Source: Candidatus Dojkabacteria bacterium (GTDB lineage Bacteria > Patescibacteriota > Dojkabacteria > B142 > JAFGMG01). Taken from it: DNA of 64,000 nt. Location: contig JAFGMG010000010.1 in assembly GCA_016927655.1 (NCBI GenBank), positions 16,180 to 80,179 on the forward strand, written 5' to 3'. The position numbers were made by a program, and so were the translations under genes. Below are positions 40,659 to 51,641 of this stretch, piece after piece (the first letter of the stretch is position 1; the number at the start of each line of letters is the position of its first letter). The notes beneath the pieces were generated by a model. That model did no database searches, was not told the DNA's origin, and saw only the letters and a list, made by a program, of their open reading frames with translations.

Positions 40659-41732
40659 GTGAAAGCACAAATCCCTAAATTCCAAAAAAGAATAGCCGAA
40701 ATCAAAACAAATCTTGATCTTGAGAAAAAAGAGACCAAACTAAAAGAACTTGAGCAGACCTCCCAATTACCGGAATTCTGGAATGACCAGGATAAGGCGC
40801 AAAAAACTATGCAGAAGATTTCTGATATCAAAGACACTCTCGAGAAAATTTCTCTTATTCAAAGCAAAATAAATGATCTCGAGGCATATCAGGAACTTTT
40901 AGAGGAAGGGGGAGAAGGACTTGATCAGGACATCAAAAATTTGTCCTCTGAGATCGAAGTACTTCTAGATAAAATCGAACTCGAGACATATTTGTCAGGC
41001 AAGTATGATAGCTACGGCGCTATTCTTTCAATCCATGCTGGTCAAGGAGGCACAGAGGCGAATGATTGGTCAGAAATGTTAATGAGAATGTATCTTCGTT
41101 TTTTCGAGTCACAAGGATGGAAATATGAGGTAATAAATATAATCAGCGGCAATGAAGTTGGTATAAATACTGTTTCTATTCAGGTTGAGGGCAAGAATGC
41201 CTATGGTTATCTAAAAGGAGAACACGGCACTCACAGACTTGTCCGTGTTTCACCTTTTAATGCCCAGGGACTAAGACAAACTTCTTTTGCAGGTGTAGAG
41301 GTTATGCCGATAATTGAAGACAATCTTGAGGTTAATCTTAAAGATGAGGATATTGAATTTACTGCAGTCAGGTCGGGCGGCGCCGGCGGACAAAATGTAA
41401 ACAAAGTCAGCACAGCAGCAAGAATCGTTCACAAACCGACAGGTATTCAGGTACACTGTTCCACAGAAAGGAGCCAGCTGAAAAACAGAAATGCTGCGAT
41501 GCAGCTTCTTCGAGGGAAATTATTACAAATCGAGCTAGATAAACAAGCTAAAGAAACAAGCGAACTAAAAGGCGAACATAAGATCGCGGGCTGGGGAAAT
41601 CAAATCAGGAATTATGTGCTTCATCCATATAAACTTGTCAAGGATCTGCGCACTGGAGTAGAAACAGACCACCCAGAAACAGTTCTTGACGGCGATCTTA
41701 GTAAATTTGTCGAAGCAACAATAAAATTATAA
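40659..41732 (+). CDS. prfB: peptide chain release factor 2 (no programmed frameshift)
   Basis: SPFNAQG (RF2 SPF), GGQNVNKV; GTG start; contiguous ORF through the region where the E. coli +1 frameshift site lies. Confidence 0.85.
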   Translation: MKAQIPKFQKRIAEIKTNLDLEKKETKLKELEQTSQLPEFWNDQDKAQKTMQKISDIKDTLEKISLIQSKINDLEAYQELLEEGGEGLDQDIKNLSSEIEVLLDKIELETYLSGKYDSYGAILSIHAGQGGTEANDWSEMLMRMYLRFFESQGWKYEVINIISGNEVGINTVSIQVEGKNAYGYLKGEHGTHRLVRVSPFNAQGLRQTSFAGVEVMPIIEDNLEVNLKDEDIEFTAVRSGGAGGQNVNKVSTAARIVHKPTGIQVHCSTERSQLKNRNAAMQLLRGKLLQIELDKQAKETSELKGEHKIAGWGNQIRNYVLHPYKLVKDLRTGVETDHPETVLDGDLSKFVEATIKL

Positions 41733-41816
41733 CTTTCCTCTTGCAAAGTTTTCTTTTTCAGTCTAATATGATTTTCATATCCCTGCCCCGGTTTATTTAT
41801 ATTTTATACAGCAGCA

Positions 41817-42395
41817 ATGTCCAGACGATTAGTTTTATTAATTCTAGGCCTTATAATATTATTAAATGTCTTTGTTATCGGCTATGTACTTATCAGCAGA
41901 GAAATTGACAACAACAAAGAAGACGAGGTTGCACAAGATGCAGAAGATGCAGAAGATGCAGAAGACTCACAAGATGCGCAAGATCCAGAAGATAGTCAGA
42001 ATTCTGATAATGAGGTACAACAGCCGGAAGAAGAATCAACAGACCAAACAACTGAGGAACAAACCGAAGCAGAGGGTGGGAACGTCCCATCAGATGGAAA
42101 CTACGACGAGAATGAAGCAGCTCTAAACAAAAATGCTATTGAGAAATCCTCTGCTAATCAGAATTTAATGATTGAACTTGGCAGATGGATTGCTACAAAC
42201 TACGAGCCAAAAGATATCCAGACAAAAACATATACTGTTCAAAGAGGCGATACACTTTGGGAAATTTCAGAGGCGTATTACGGAACCGGATTTGACTGGC
42301 ACAAAATTCTCGAATTAAACAGAAGCGATATCGGCTACTTGCCAAATGGTTCTCAAGCACTGATTATTCCCGGGCAGATACTGATCCTGGAATAG
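41817..42395 (+). CDS. LysM-domain protein with acidic EDAED repeat linker
   Basis: N-terminal TM; C-terminal YTVQRGDTLWEISEAYYG...IPGQILIL LysM. Confidence 0.7.
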   Translation: MSRRLVLLILGLIILLNVFVIGYVLISREIDNNKEDEVAQDAEDAEDAEDSQDAQDPEDSQNSDNEVQQPEEESTDQTTEEQTEAEGGNVPSDGNYDENEAALNKNAIEKSSANQNLMIELGRWIATNYEPKDIQTKTYTVQRGDTLWEISEAYYGTGFDWHKILELNRSDIGYLPNGSQALIIPGQILILE

Positions 42396-42455
42396 TTTCT
42401 AGACTCTTACGCCATTATACTGTTATACTAATTCCGACAAATTTTTAGATCAACA

Positions 42456-43649
42456 ATGTTGATTCAATTTCTATCAGTTTCAAAATTGTATGATAACGAT
42501 TTCCTTGCATTGGATGATATTAATTTCGAAGTTGAAGAGGGGGAGTTCTTATTTCTAATCGGTCCTTCCGGATCGGGCAAAACTACAATCATCAGGCATC
42601 TTATTAGAGAAGAAAAGCCGACCGAAGGGCGGATTTACTTTGATGACAAAGATATTACAAAATACAAAAGAAATGAGGTATATGAGCTTAGAAGAAAAAT
42701 CGGAGTAATATTTCAAGACTATAAACTGATCAATGATAAGAACGCCTACGAAAACATTGCTTTTGCGATGGAGGCTGCCGGACAAAACGCTAAAGATATT
42801 GAAGAAACGGTTCCCTATGTACTTGATATTGTGGGCCTTTCTCACAGATGGAACGCATTCCCAGCACAGCTTTCTGGCGGTGAAAAGCAGAGAGTTGCAA
42901 TCGCTCGTGCCCTTTCAAATAACCCAAAACTCTTAATTGCCGATGAGCCTACAGGCAATCTAGATCCTGAGTCGTCCTGGGATATTGTCCAGATCCTAAG
43001 TAAAATTAACAACTGGGGAACAACAGTCTTGATGTCTACTCATGGTTCAGAGATCGTCGACACACTGGGGAAAAGGGTTATTACTCTAAAGGACGGGAAA
43101 ATTAAAAAAGATGCATTGAAGGGTACATATAAAAATGACGAGATAGAAATTGAAAAAATCAAAGTCTCCGCTAAAAAGGAACAAAAGAAAGAAGAAATTA
43201 AGAAGAAGGAGAAGGGAAAGCAAAAGGAAAAAGAGAAAGAAAATAAAGTTGAAACACCAAAAGAGATAGTTGTACCGGAGGAGAAATCTAAGGCCCCTAG
43301 TAAACAAGTCGAGCCTGAAAAGCAACCCGAAATAACCCTCACAGACAGACGGAAGGAAAAAGAAGTCACAAAGGAAGACTTTGAAAAAAACATAAAAGAC
43401 AAAATGGATGAGGTTGATAAGAAGCAGAAAGCGCATAAAGAGAAAATACTCAAGGATAGCCAGGAAGAAAAGAAAAAAAATAGCGGTGATATTAAATCTC
43501 AAGGCTTCTCACCAAAACTTATAAGTATTCTCAAGGCATTTGGATATGATACACTGGATTCAATAAAGAAAGCCGGATACAAAAAAATAAGTAAAATTGA
43601 TGATCTATCACCCAAGGATTTAAAAAAGCTGAAAGAAGTAATTTCTTAA
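42456..43649 (+). CDS. ftsE: cell division ATP-binding protein FtsE with ~170 aa Lys/Glu-rich C-terminal extension ending in HhH-like motif
   Basis: GPSGSGKTT Walker [27 protein letters not shown]. The extension [25 protein letters not shown]... ends [43 protein letters not shown]. Confidence 0.85.
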   Translation: MLIQFLSVSKLYDNDFLALDDINFEVEEGEFLFLIGPSGSGKTTIIRHLIREEKPTEGRIYFDDKDITKYKRNEVYELRRKIGVIFQDYKLINDKNAYENIAFAMEAAGQNAKDIEETVPYVLDIVGLSHRWNAFPAQLSGGEKQRVAIARALSNNPKLLIADEPTGNLDPESSWDIVQILSKINNWGTTVLMSTHGSEIVDTLGKRVITLKDGKIKKDALKGTYKNDEIEIEKIKVSAKKEQKKEEIKKKEKGKQKEKEKENKVETPKEIVVPEEKSKAPSKQVEPEKQPEITLTDRRKEKEVTKEDFEKNIKDKMDEVDKKQKAHKEKILKDSQEEKKKNSGDIKSQGFSPKLISILKAFGYDTLDSIKKAGYKKISKIDDLSPKDLKKLKEVIS

Positions 43650-43658
43650 GATAAATTT

Positions 43659-44585
43659 ATGAATCTTACAACCACAAAGCGAGTACTATCCAATACAGCC
43701 AAACAAATAAAAAGAAGCGGCTGGCTGGCCTATACTTCAATGCTTGTTATGACCTTAGCTTTTTTAGTTATTTCAATTTTTGGATTCCTAGCCTACACAT
43801 CGAATTTGTTTTTAAAATATATCGAGAATAAGCCTCATATTTACGTTTTTTTTAATACCGGGGTAGAAGAAGACAACATTACAAAGCTTCGTAATAAATG
43901 GGAAGAAAATTCTAACGTGGATTATATTGAATATACATCAGAAGCACAGGCAGTTCAGGAATTTTACGACTCACAAAAAAACACCAATCCTTTAGCAGCA
44001 GAAGCTATAAAAGACAGGACTCTCCCGGCGAGTCTGGCAATTCGCCTGAACAGCGTTGAAGACGCAGCTGAAATAATTGATCTTGTAAATACTGAGCAGG
44101 AAACAAACGAAGATATTTTCAGAGTCAGATACAGCGAAGATACGATAAACAATATCAAAGACGTATTCGGCTGGCTTAGATTTGGGGGGGCATTTATCAT
44201 GGGGCTTTTACTGATTGTCATTTTTCTATTTACCTTTTTTACTGTTGAATTCAGGACCTTCAACCGCTCAGAAGAAATCGGCATTATGCAGCTAGTTGGA
44301 GGAAGCCTCTGGTTTATCAGAGCACCGTTCGTACTTGAAGGGACTTATTATGGTATTGTCGGTGCATTTATCTCAAATATGATTATTCTGTTCTTTTCAC
44401 TGATTGTTTATTACACAGCGATGACATCTCCCACAATGGTTTTCTTGAACAACCTTTTCGGACAGCTTGCATGGCCTGATGCTAGTATTATGAACATCAC
44501 ACTAATTTTCCTTTCAACACTTGTTCTTGGAGCAATTCTCGGCACAATTACAAGCTTCATTGCAATTTTGAGGTATATTAAGTAG
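43659..44585 (+). CDS. ftsX: cell division permease FtsX
   Basis: 4 TM with large extracellular loop; follows ftsE. Confidence 0.8.
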   Translation: MNLTTTKRVLSNTAKQIKRSGWLAYTSMLVMTLAFLVISIFGFLAYTSNLFLKYIENKPHIYVFFNTGVEEDNITKLRNKWEENSNVDYIEYTSEAQAVQEFYDSQKNTNPLAAEAIKDRTLPASLAIRLNSVEDAAEIIDLVNTEQETNEDIFRVRYSEDTINNIKDVFGWLRFGGAFIMGLLLIVIFLFTFFTVEFRTFNRSEEIGIMQLVGGSLWFIRAPFVLEGTYYGIVGAFISNMIILFFSLIVYYTAMTSPTMVFLNNLFGQLAWPDASIMNITLIFLSTLVLGAILGTITSFIAILRYIK

Positions 44586-44591
44586 CAATTA

Positions 44592-45296
44592 ATGTCCAAA
44601 TTCCCTCTAATAATTCTTGGTGGCATCGGAGATACTGGAGAAAAATCATATTCCCTTCTTATCAAAGAACTCGAAAAAGATTTCCAGATTATTAAAATTT
44701 CATATCCAGGCTTTGGAGGAACTTCAAAGCCCAAAGAAGCAACACTTGAAGCTGATGTTGAAATAATCAGAAAGCACATTAAATCCTTGAATTTGAAAGA
44801 ATTAATAATTTTTTCTCATTCAATTGGGACAGCTTATGCATTTGAACTTTGCTATCCAAACGATTTGTATATCAGGGCACTGATTGCAGCAAATCCATTT
44901 ACTATTCAAAATAAAAACTTGATTAGTCCTTTTATAAGAGGTATGAGAGAAAGAAGGAAATTGAATCAGTGGCTAAAAGCTAACAACAAAAAAATTGAGT
45001 TTCGTCCATTCAGCTATGGGTCTCTAAAATATCTGTCCAGCTATTTGCGAATTGCGAAAATCTTCAGAAAGATTGAGGTTAAAGATGATCTCAGTAAAAG
45101 TGAAATCCCAATGCTAGCAATGATCGGAGACTTTGATACTTTGATTCCAAAACAAATTCAAATGCGAAATCTTGATCTTATTAAACACTTGCAAATTACC
45201 CATTTAAATGATGGCCATTATTTCATACACACCCAAGCCCCCAAAATCGCGAAATTGATAACTAAATTTGCAAACGAACAGGGAATTACTCTATAA
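44592..45296 (+). CDS. alpha/beta hydrolase
   Basis: Nucleophile elbow FSHSIG, 234 aa. Confidence 0.55.
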   Translation: MSKFPLIILGGIGDTGEKSYSLLIKELEKDFQIIKISYPGFGGTSKPKEATLEADVEIIRKHIKSLNLKELIIFSHSIGTAYAFELCYPNDLYIRALIAANPFTIQNKNLISPFIRGMRERRKLNQWLKANNKKIEFRPFSYGSLKYLSSYLRIAKIFRKIEVKDDLSKSEIPMLAMIGDFDTLIPKQIQMRNLDLIKHLQITHLNDGHYFIHTQAPKIAKLITKFANEQGITL

Positions 45297-45306
45297 TAAA
45301 TTTGTA

Positions 45307-46584
45307 ATGAACTACTTTGCACTGACCAAAAAATATACAAAGACAATCGTCATTGCTTTCACCGTGATTCTCCTTACTCTTTCAATTATAGTACCTGTTT
45401 ATGCAGGTGCACAGGAGGATCTGGAAAATGTTCAAAAAGAATTGGCTGAACTTCGTAAAAAACAGCAGGAGCTCAATGGACGGCTAGGAGATCAAAAAGC
45501 CCTCTCAAGTAAATACGGCTCAGAAGTGTATGCTCTTAATTCGGAGATACAGAAAATGGATCTTCAGGTCCAGGAGAAATCGCTTGTTATCGATGAACTC
45601 AATTTACAAATTCAGCTCCTTGAGCAGCAAATTAAAGACACCATAACTCAAATTGAAATAACTGAGGGAAATATTGCCAAGCTCCAGGAGGAAACAGACG
45701 CCAGGCTTGCAGACATGTATATGGAAACTAAAAGCTGGGACAATAGTGTCAATATGATGTTTGCCTCTGAAGGGAATGGTGACTTTGTCAAGGACGGTCT
45801 ATACCGTGAAGCTATGCAGGAGGATACAAATGAGAAGCTGGACAAGCTTGCTCTTGCAAAAGATAACCTGGAAAAAGATAAAGAAAAGCTGGAAAATGAC
45901 AAAATCAAGGTAGAAGAAGACAAGACCTTACTGGAAGAGGAAAAAATTGCACTTGAGAATGATCAGACAATCCTTGCCCAGAAAAGAAATAAATTTGAAT
46001 CGATGAAAAGAAGCGCAGACACAGCAGCAGCAGCACTAGCAATTGAATACGAAACAATGAGCGATGAGGAAAAGAAATTACAAGCTCAATTAGACTTACT
46101 TAAACAGCAGATTTTCAACGAAGTCGGGCAGATACCTAGCGGAGACTATGTTGCCGAAGGGACAATCATTGGCTATGAAGGAAATACCGGTGTGTCAACA
46201 GGCAATCATCTTCATTTCGAATATAGAATGAATAATACTTATAATAATCCTTGTTCCGTACTTCCAGGAAAACAGCTATATAATGCCTACTGCGGGACAT
46301 CAAACCCGACTCTTAACACGTGGCCGATGTCTGGCAATTATTGGCTTACAAGCGGATACAGGACCCCTTCAAGACCTACACACAATGCAATTGACATTTC
46401 ATCAGGAGGAAGCGCGGCAATCATTGCATCACATTCTGGCTGGATTTATTATGGGAATGACGGTGCCTGTTCTTGGTACCATGGTGTATACCCATGCCAT
46501 GGCGCTGGGGCAAACTATGCGATTATTTGTCAAAACAAAAATTGCAACACAGGAATTAAAACAATGTATCTTCATCTAAGATAA
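45307..46584 (+). CDS. coiled-coil M23 peptidase (PcsB/EnvC-like FtsEX-associated hydrolase)
   Basis: Signal/TM, long coiled coil, C-terminal GNHLHFEY M23 metal-binding motif. Confidence 0.75.
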   Translation: MNYFALTKKYTKTIVIAFTVILLTLSIIVPVYAGAQEDLENVQKELAELRKKQQELNGRLGDQKALSSKYGSEVYALNSEIQKMDLQVQEKSLVIDELNLQIQLLEQQIKDTITQIEITEGNIAKLQEETDARLADMYMETKSWDNSVNMMFASEGNGDFVKDGLYREAMQEDTNEKLDKLALAKDNLEKDKEKLENDKIKVEEDKTLLEEEKIALENDQTILAQKRNKFESMKRSADTAAAALAIEYETMSDEEKKLQAQLDLLKQQIFNEVGQIPSGDYVAEGTIIGYEGNTGVSTGNHLHFEYRMNNTYNNPCSVLPGKQLYNAYCGTSNPTLNTWPMSGNYWLTSGYRTPSRPTHNAIDISSGGSAAIIASHSGWIYYGNDGACSWYHGVYPCHGAGANYAIICQNKNCNTGIKTMYLHLR

Positions 46585-46673
46585 ATTCCATCTATTTCCA
46601 TCATAGCTTCATAATCCTTCCATATTCTGGCAGGAAATTTCTGCTATAAATTACAGATATTATCTTTTCTGTA

Positions 46674-48407
46674 ATGAAAAAATCACTTTTGTTTTTGTTT
46701 GCCTTTTCAAGCATTTTAGTCCAAGCCGTACAAGCGCAGTATTTTGTAAATATTCAAGCAATAGAGCCAGACTTTCAAGTATCAATCAATGAAATTCTTC
46801 CAAATCCCGAAGGAACTGATACCGGCAAGGAATGGATCGAACTTTATAATTATTCTAAAGAAACTATCAATTTACAAAATTGGCAGTTAAAAGATACAAG
46901 CACCAAATCTTTCGTTTTTGAGGAAATTGAATTAGACTCTCATGAGTTTCTCCTAATTTATCCGAATTTCTCATTAAATCAATCAGATGAAAATGTTTCT
47001 CTTTACGATGATCTTGGGAATTTAGTCGATTCATTTAGTTACATAATATCTAGCGAAGGATTAAGCTGGGCAAGAATTCCTGATGGAGTCGGAAACTGGA
47101 TTCCAGACAAATCCCCGACACCTGGCTCGACAAACAATATTGATGAATTAGATTATCCCGACTCATTACTAATCAGTGAAATATATCCGACTCCAAAGGA
47201 TCAAGAAAGTGAGTGGTTGGAAATCTTCAATAATTCTTCAGATGAGATAGATCTTACAAACTGGATCATTTCAGACTTATCAAATTCTGCAAAGCTTCCC
47301 GGTATTATCATCGAACCTTATGAATACCTGACATTTGAAGAGAATCTGCTTACAAGTGTAACCTTAAATAACTCGGGCGACACTCTGGCTTTGCTCAATC
47401 CAAATGCTGAACCTGTTCATGAATTTATTTACCAAAAGACAAACGCTGGACTTAGTAATATCCTTTATAAAGAATCAATTCTACAGACCAAGCTTCCAAC
47501 GCCTGGAGAAGAAAACATATACGTAAATCCTCAAGATTGCTTTTTTGGATCTATTTATACAGATATCAAAAGTTTCAAAATGACAGAGGCAAGCAGCGAT
47601 GACATATTTTATTCACTGACTGGTACAGTCATTGCCAAACCAGGGACGATATACGATAGTAAATTTTATATTCAGGACAGCGATTCAGGTTTGATGGTAT
47701 CCCTGCCAGCCGGATATAACGAGACTATTGAAGTCGGCGAGCAGATCGAAATTTGCGGCAGTCATAATGCATACTACAGCGAGGATGAATTTGTGACAGC
47801 GTCTAATGGTTTACGTAAACTAGGAAGCAGTACAAATACAAAAATATTTGAAACAGAACATGCATTGCCGGATCTTGTCGGGAATCTGATCAAAATAAGC
47901 GGGGAAATTGTCGAAAACAGCTCAACCTCAATTACAGTTTTAACTAAAGAAGAGCAGATCAAAGTGAAACTGTCACATCTTATTCTTACAGAAGAAAAAT
48001 CGAAAGGCGATAACACCGAAATTACAGGTGTATTGACTAGATACGGCGATACAAAAGACGGTCAGCCAAATCTTCGACTTGTTCCAAGAAGTACAGATGA
48101 TATAAAATTTGTTAGAATGTCAAAGCCATCAACCACTTCAAGCTCGAAAATGGTTAAATCTTCTGCAAAAATATCAACTAACCAGATTAAAGGGGTCACT
48201 TCGACAAAAACCAGCAGCCCCAAACTATCAAAACCCCAATTCCACGATCGACTAGATTCAACTGATTTATCACTTGGTATAGGGAAAAAGAGTCAACAGC
48301 AGCATCAAACCACCCTTAGAGCCATTAGCGCATCAGGATTTTTATTTAGCAGTTCATCAATATTTTTGTTGTTTGGGAAAAAAACCTTGAAGTCATATTC
48401 TATTTGA
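46674..48407 (+). CDS. secreted protein with two lamin-tail domains and Ser/Thr-rich C-terminal anchor
   Basis: INEILPNPEGTDTGKEWIELYN and ISEIYPTPKDQESEWLEIFN LTD signatures; signal peptide; C-terminal TM. Confidence 0.65.
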   Translation: MKKSLLFLFAFSSILVQAVQAQYFVNIQAIEPDFQVSINEILPNPEGTDTGKEWIELYNYSKETINLQNWQLKDTSTKSFVFEEIELDSHEFLLIYPNFSLNQSDENVSLYDDLGNLVDSFSYIISSEGLSWARIPDGVGNWIPDKSPTPGSTNNIDELDYPDSLLISEIYPTPKDQESEWLEIFNNSSDEIDLTNWIISDLSNSAKLPGIIIEPYEYLTFEENLLTSVTLNNSGDTLALLNPNAEPVHEFIYQKTNAGLSNILYKESILQTKLPTPGEENIYVNPQDCFFGSIYTDIKSFKMTEASSDDIFYSLTGTVIAKPGTIYDSKFYIQDSDSGLMVSLPAGYNETIEVGEQIEICGSHNAYYSEDEFVTASNGLRKLGSSTNTKIFETEHALPDLVGNLIKISGEIVENSSTSITVLTKEEQIKVKLSHLILTEEKSKGDNTEITGVLTRYGDTKDGQPNLRLVPRSTDDIKFVRMSKPSTTSSSKMVKSSAKISTNQIKGVTSTKTSSPKLSKPQFHDRLDSTDLSLGIGKKSQQQHQTTLRAISASGFLFSSSSIFLLFGKKTLKSYSI

Positions 48408-49209
48408 GATCATTGATAGAAATGCATTCTGCCAAAGTTATCTGACCGACTCTGCTTCTCTCCAGTTCGATCAGCATCGCAGGTACTTCAAGCAATTCCC
48501 CGATATCTTTGGCAAGCTGTCTTATGTACGTACCTTTTGAGCAACCAACTGTCAAATCAAGTTCTACTAATCGAGTTTTCCCATCAAAATTCTTTTTTCC
48601 CTTCAAATATCTTTCAACCTCAGAAGCTCTGATTTCTTTTTTCTCTCCAATTTCAAACTTCTCAAATTGCACCTTCTTTCTAGGCAGCACCACTCTTTTC
48701 TTCCTATCATCATTCATATAAAAAATTACAGCATCTCCATCAATTTCATAACGCTCGGACTTGTGTGCAAGTATTCTCAGTTTTTGTCCTTCAACTTTTA
48801 CGGAACTGAAAACTGGGACTTGTTGATCATAACCTCTCTCAATTCCAGCTAAAGCTCCATTACTGATTTTTTCATTAATTTCTTTGGCCGAGACATCCTG
48901 GCTTTTAATTATTTTTCCCTCAGTATCTAATGTATCAGTCTCCAGCCCAAGCAAAATTTTACATTTGTACTCTTTATCTCCGCCCATCAATTGGTCACTT
49001 AGCTTCGTATATCTGCCTATTAGAACAATCAAAACACCGCGCGCAAATGGATCCAGAGCTCCAGCATGGCCCACTTTTCTTGTATTATATTTTTTCCTTA
49101 CAATATTTACTACATCATGCGAGGTAATTCCGGAAGGCTTATTTACCGCAAGTACACCATGAACTTGATTCCCGGCTCCAATCGTCATTTTGTTTATTTC
49201 GTAGCCCAT
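48400..49209 (-). CDS. truB: tRNA pseudouridine(55) synthase
   Basis: GHAGALDPFARGVL catalytic motif; start taken at MGYEINK to avoid overlap with nth. Confidence 0.85.
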   Translation of the reverse strand: MGYEINKMTIGAGNQVHGVLAVNKPSGITSHDVVNIVRKKYNTRKVGHAGALDPFARGVLIVLIGRYTKLSDQLMGGDKEYKCKILLGLETDTLDTEGKIIKSQDVSAKEINEKISNGALAGIERGYDQQVPVFSSVKVEGQKLRILAHKSERYEIDGDAVIFYMNDDRKKRVVLPRKKVQFEKFEIGEKKEIRASEVERYLKGKKNFDGKTRLVELDLTVGCSKGTYIRQLAKDIGELLEVPAMLIELERSRVGQITLAECISINDLK

Positions 49210-49213
49210 TTTC

Positions 49214-49843
49214 TTATTTACCAAATTTAAAAGCACCAGGACAAATGTCATTTAAAACACAGTTTTCACAATCCGGCTTTTTTGCTTTGCAAGTATCTCT
49301 CCCAAATTCAACCAGTCTTAAACTAAATTCTCCTAATTTCTCCTTTGGAATTTTTTTCAATAAATCCTTTTCAACCTTTTTAGGGTCGGTTTCTTCTGTC
49401 AGCCCAAGCCGTTTACTAATTCTTTTCACATGAGTATCAACTGCAATGCCTTCATTTTTACCATGCCAGATACTCAATACAACGTTTGCAGTTTTTCTTG
49501 CTACCCCAGGCAGCATTATCAAATTTTCTATAGTATCAGGGACTTTCGAATCAAATTTTTCTTCTAGCATTTTCGCCGCGCCGATAATATTTTTTGCTTT
49601 ATTGTTATAAAAACCGGTTGAGTAAATTATTTTTTTAAGCTCCTCGATATCAGCATCCGCATAATCCTCAACGGTTTTGTACTTCGCAAATAAATCTCTC
49701 GTAACAATATTCACCCGCTTGTCAGTACACTGCGCAGAAAGGATCACAGCAAAAAGGAGCTCAAAATCAGTAGTATAATTTAAAGCTGTTTCAATAGTTG
49801 GATATTTCTCCTCAAGACGTAGTAAAATCTCTTTAATGTTCAA
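49214..49843 (-). CDS. nth: endonuclease III
   Basis: HhH-GPD fold; C-terminal CKAKKPDCENCVLNDICP 4Fe-4S cluster loop. Confidence 0.85.
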   Translation of the reverse strand: MNIKEILLRLEEKYPTIETALNYTTDFELLFAVILSAQCTDKRVNIVTRDLFAKYKTVEDYADADIEELKKIIYSTGFYNNKAKNIIGAAKMLEEKFDSKVPDTIENLIMLPGVARKTANVVLSIWHGKNEGIAVDTHVKRISKRLGLTEETDPKKVEKDLLKKIPKEKLGEFSLRLVEFGRDTCKAKKPDCENCVLNDICPGAFKFGK

Positions 49844-51260
49844 TTTACGTGCTCTTAAAAATCATGACTATATTATCACAATTTGCATCTGCATTCTCGC
49901 GGTTTTAAGCCTTATGTTGATTTACTCAACTACGATCAATGCTTCAACTGAAAGCGAAGGAGCCGGAACATTTAGTAAACAATTATTCTTTTTCATCGTC
50001 GGGTTTCTTATTTACTTTGCATTTTCGACGTTCGATCTGTCATGGTTAAAAAACAAGCGTTTGATCGGGCTCCTCTATGTCATCACGATACTGGCCCTTT
50101 TATACGTTAAGTTTTTTACCCCAGAAGTCGCCAATACGAACAGATGGATAAATCTTTTCGGATTTAATATCCAGCCTGCAGAGTATGCCAAAATTACAAT
50201 AATAATCATTACTGCTATGTTCTTTGGGCTCAAAGACGAACCGATGGTCTCAAAAAATGTAAACCTTGAGAAATTAAGCGGCTCAGAATCAACCCATAAT
50301 CATAAAGAAAAGTACCTAGCAGCTTTGCAGAGAATCAAACTATTTTTTCAGACTTATGAAAATTTAATACTTTCTATTTTATCGATTGCCGTCATTTCAT
50401 TTCTAATTTTTGTTCAGCCTTCGTTTGGGAATAGCGTGATTATCACTTTTTTGTGGGCCAGTCTTGTCTTTGCAGCCTCATCAAATCAACATAAACTCAT
50501 CTCGCTCTCAATTCCGATAATAATTATACCTCTACTTGGCTGGAATATCTGGGGATTGAAGGATATATTTGGCAGCATTTACATCGGCTTAAGTGTCATA
50601 CTGCTTGCAACCATAGTTTTGAATATTATTACAAGGGTACGGCTTTATTTTCTAATTTTAGCGATATTGATCGGCTTGAGCCTGAGACCTTTTATACTAA
50701 CCATCTGGGATACGAATATCATTTCTGATTATCAGAAACAGCGTATCCAGACTTATTTCCAATCTCCGGAGAACGACCCACTGGACGCTGGATATCAAGT
50801 CAGGCAATCTAAAATAGCAGTAGGCTCGGGTCAGCTCCAAGGAAGAGGATATCTTCAAGGGACCCAAAGCACACTCAAAGTTCTTCCATTTGCTCATACT
50901 GACTTTATTTTTGCTGCCCTTGCCGAGCAATTTGGTTTTGTTGGGTCTCTTTTATTGCTTGGTATTTACAGTGTTATTATTTACCGAATTGTACGAACCG
51001 GGATTTCAACAAAAGACGAATTTTCATTCTTAATTGCTACAGGCGTGATTTCTCTGTTGATATTAAACATTTTTATAAATATCGGCATGAATCTTGGCAA
51101 ACTTCCAGTTACAGGTGTTCCACTGCCCCTGCTTAGCTATGGAGGTAGTTCAGTGCTTGTAAATATGATTGCACTTGGTTTGATACAATCTATCAATACT
51201 ACCAGAACATCCAAGGATATCTCCGAAAGTCTTCTCCCTTCTAGCTCCCCATGGCGTTAA
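49836..51260 (+). CDS. SEDS-family protein (RodA/FtsW-like, second copy)
   Basis: 10 TM; PLPLLSYGGSSV motif; 474 aa. Confidence 0.75.
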   Translation: MFNLRALKNHDYIITICICILAVLSLMLIYSTTINASTESEGAGTFSKQLFFFIVGFLIYFAFSTFDLSWLKNKRLIGLLYVITILALLYVKFFTPEVANTNRWINLFGFNIQPAEYAKITIIIITAMFFGLKDEPMVSKNVNLEKLSGSESTHNHKEKYLAALQRIKLFFQTYENLILSILSIAVISFLIFVQPSFGNSVIITFLWASLVFAASSNQHKLISLSIPIIIIPLLGWNIWGLKDIFGSIYIGLSVILLATIVLNIITRVRLYFLILAILIGLSLRPFILTIWDTNIISDYQKQRIQTYFQSPENDPLDAGYQVRQSKIAVGSGQLQGRGYLQGTQSTLKVLPFAHTDFIFAALAEQFGFVGSLLLLGIYSVIIYRIVRTGISTKDEFSFLIATGVISLLILNIFINIGMNLGKLPVTGVPLPLLSYGGSSVLVNMIALGLIQSINTTRTSKDISESLLPSSSPWR

Positions 51261-51314
51261 ACCTTGACACTTCAGGCAGCAAGATGATAACATCAGAGCG
51301 TTTAAAAGTACTTA

Positions 51315-51629
51315 ATGAGTAAGGATTTTGCTATTATAAAAATTCAAGGGACACAGGAATTAGTCACTAAAGGACAGGAAATTCTTGTAAATAGAATTGA
51401 TGGGAAAGAAAAAGATAAAATCAAGATAAACGAAGTTCTTCTCAGCCAATCAGGGACTGATACAAAAATCGGGACCCCATATGTTACCGGTGCTGAAGTT
51501 GAGATTCAGATTCTCGAGCATACACAAGGAGAGAAAGTAAGGAAAGAGACATTTAAAGCTAAATCAAGACAGAGAAGGCACGTTGGACATAGGCAGGATT
51601 TGACTAGAATAAAGATAACTAAAATATAA
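51315..51629 (+). CDS. rplU: 50S ribosomal protein L21
   Basis: FAIIKIQGTQELV... 104 aa. Confidence 0.85.
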   Translation: MSKDFAIIKIQGTQELVTKGQEILVNRIDGKEKDKIKINEVLLSQSGTDTKIGTPYVTGAEVEIQILEHTQGEKVRKETFKAKSRQRRHVGHRQDLTRIKITKI

Positions 51630-51641
51630 CGAACTAAAAAA

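Noticed and set aside
40659-41732. Looked for the programmed +1 frameshift (CUU UGA C) typical of prfB
   Set aside because: The RF2 ORF is contiguous from a GTG start; no in-frame UGA near codon 25, so no frameshift in this organism.
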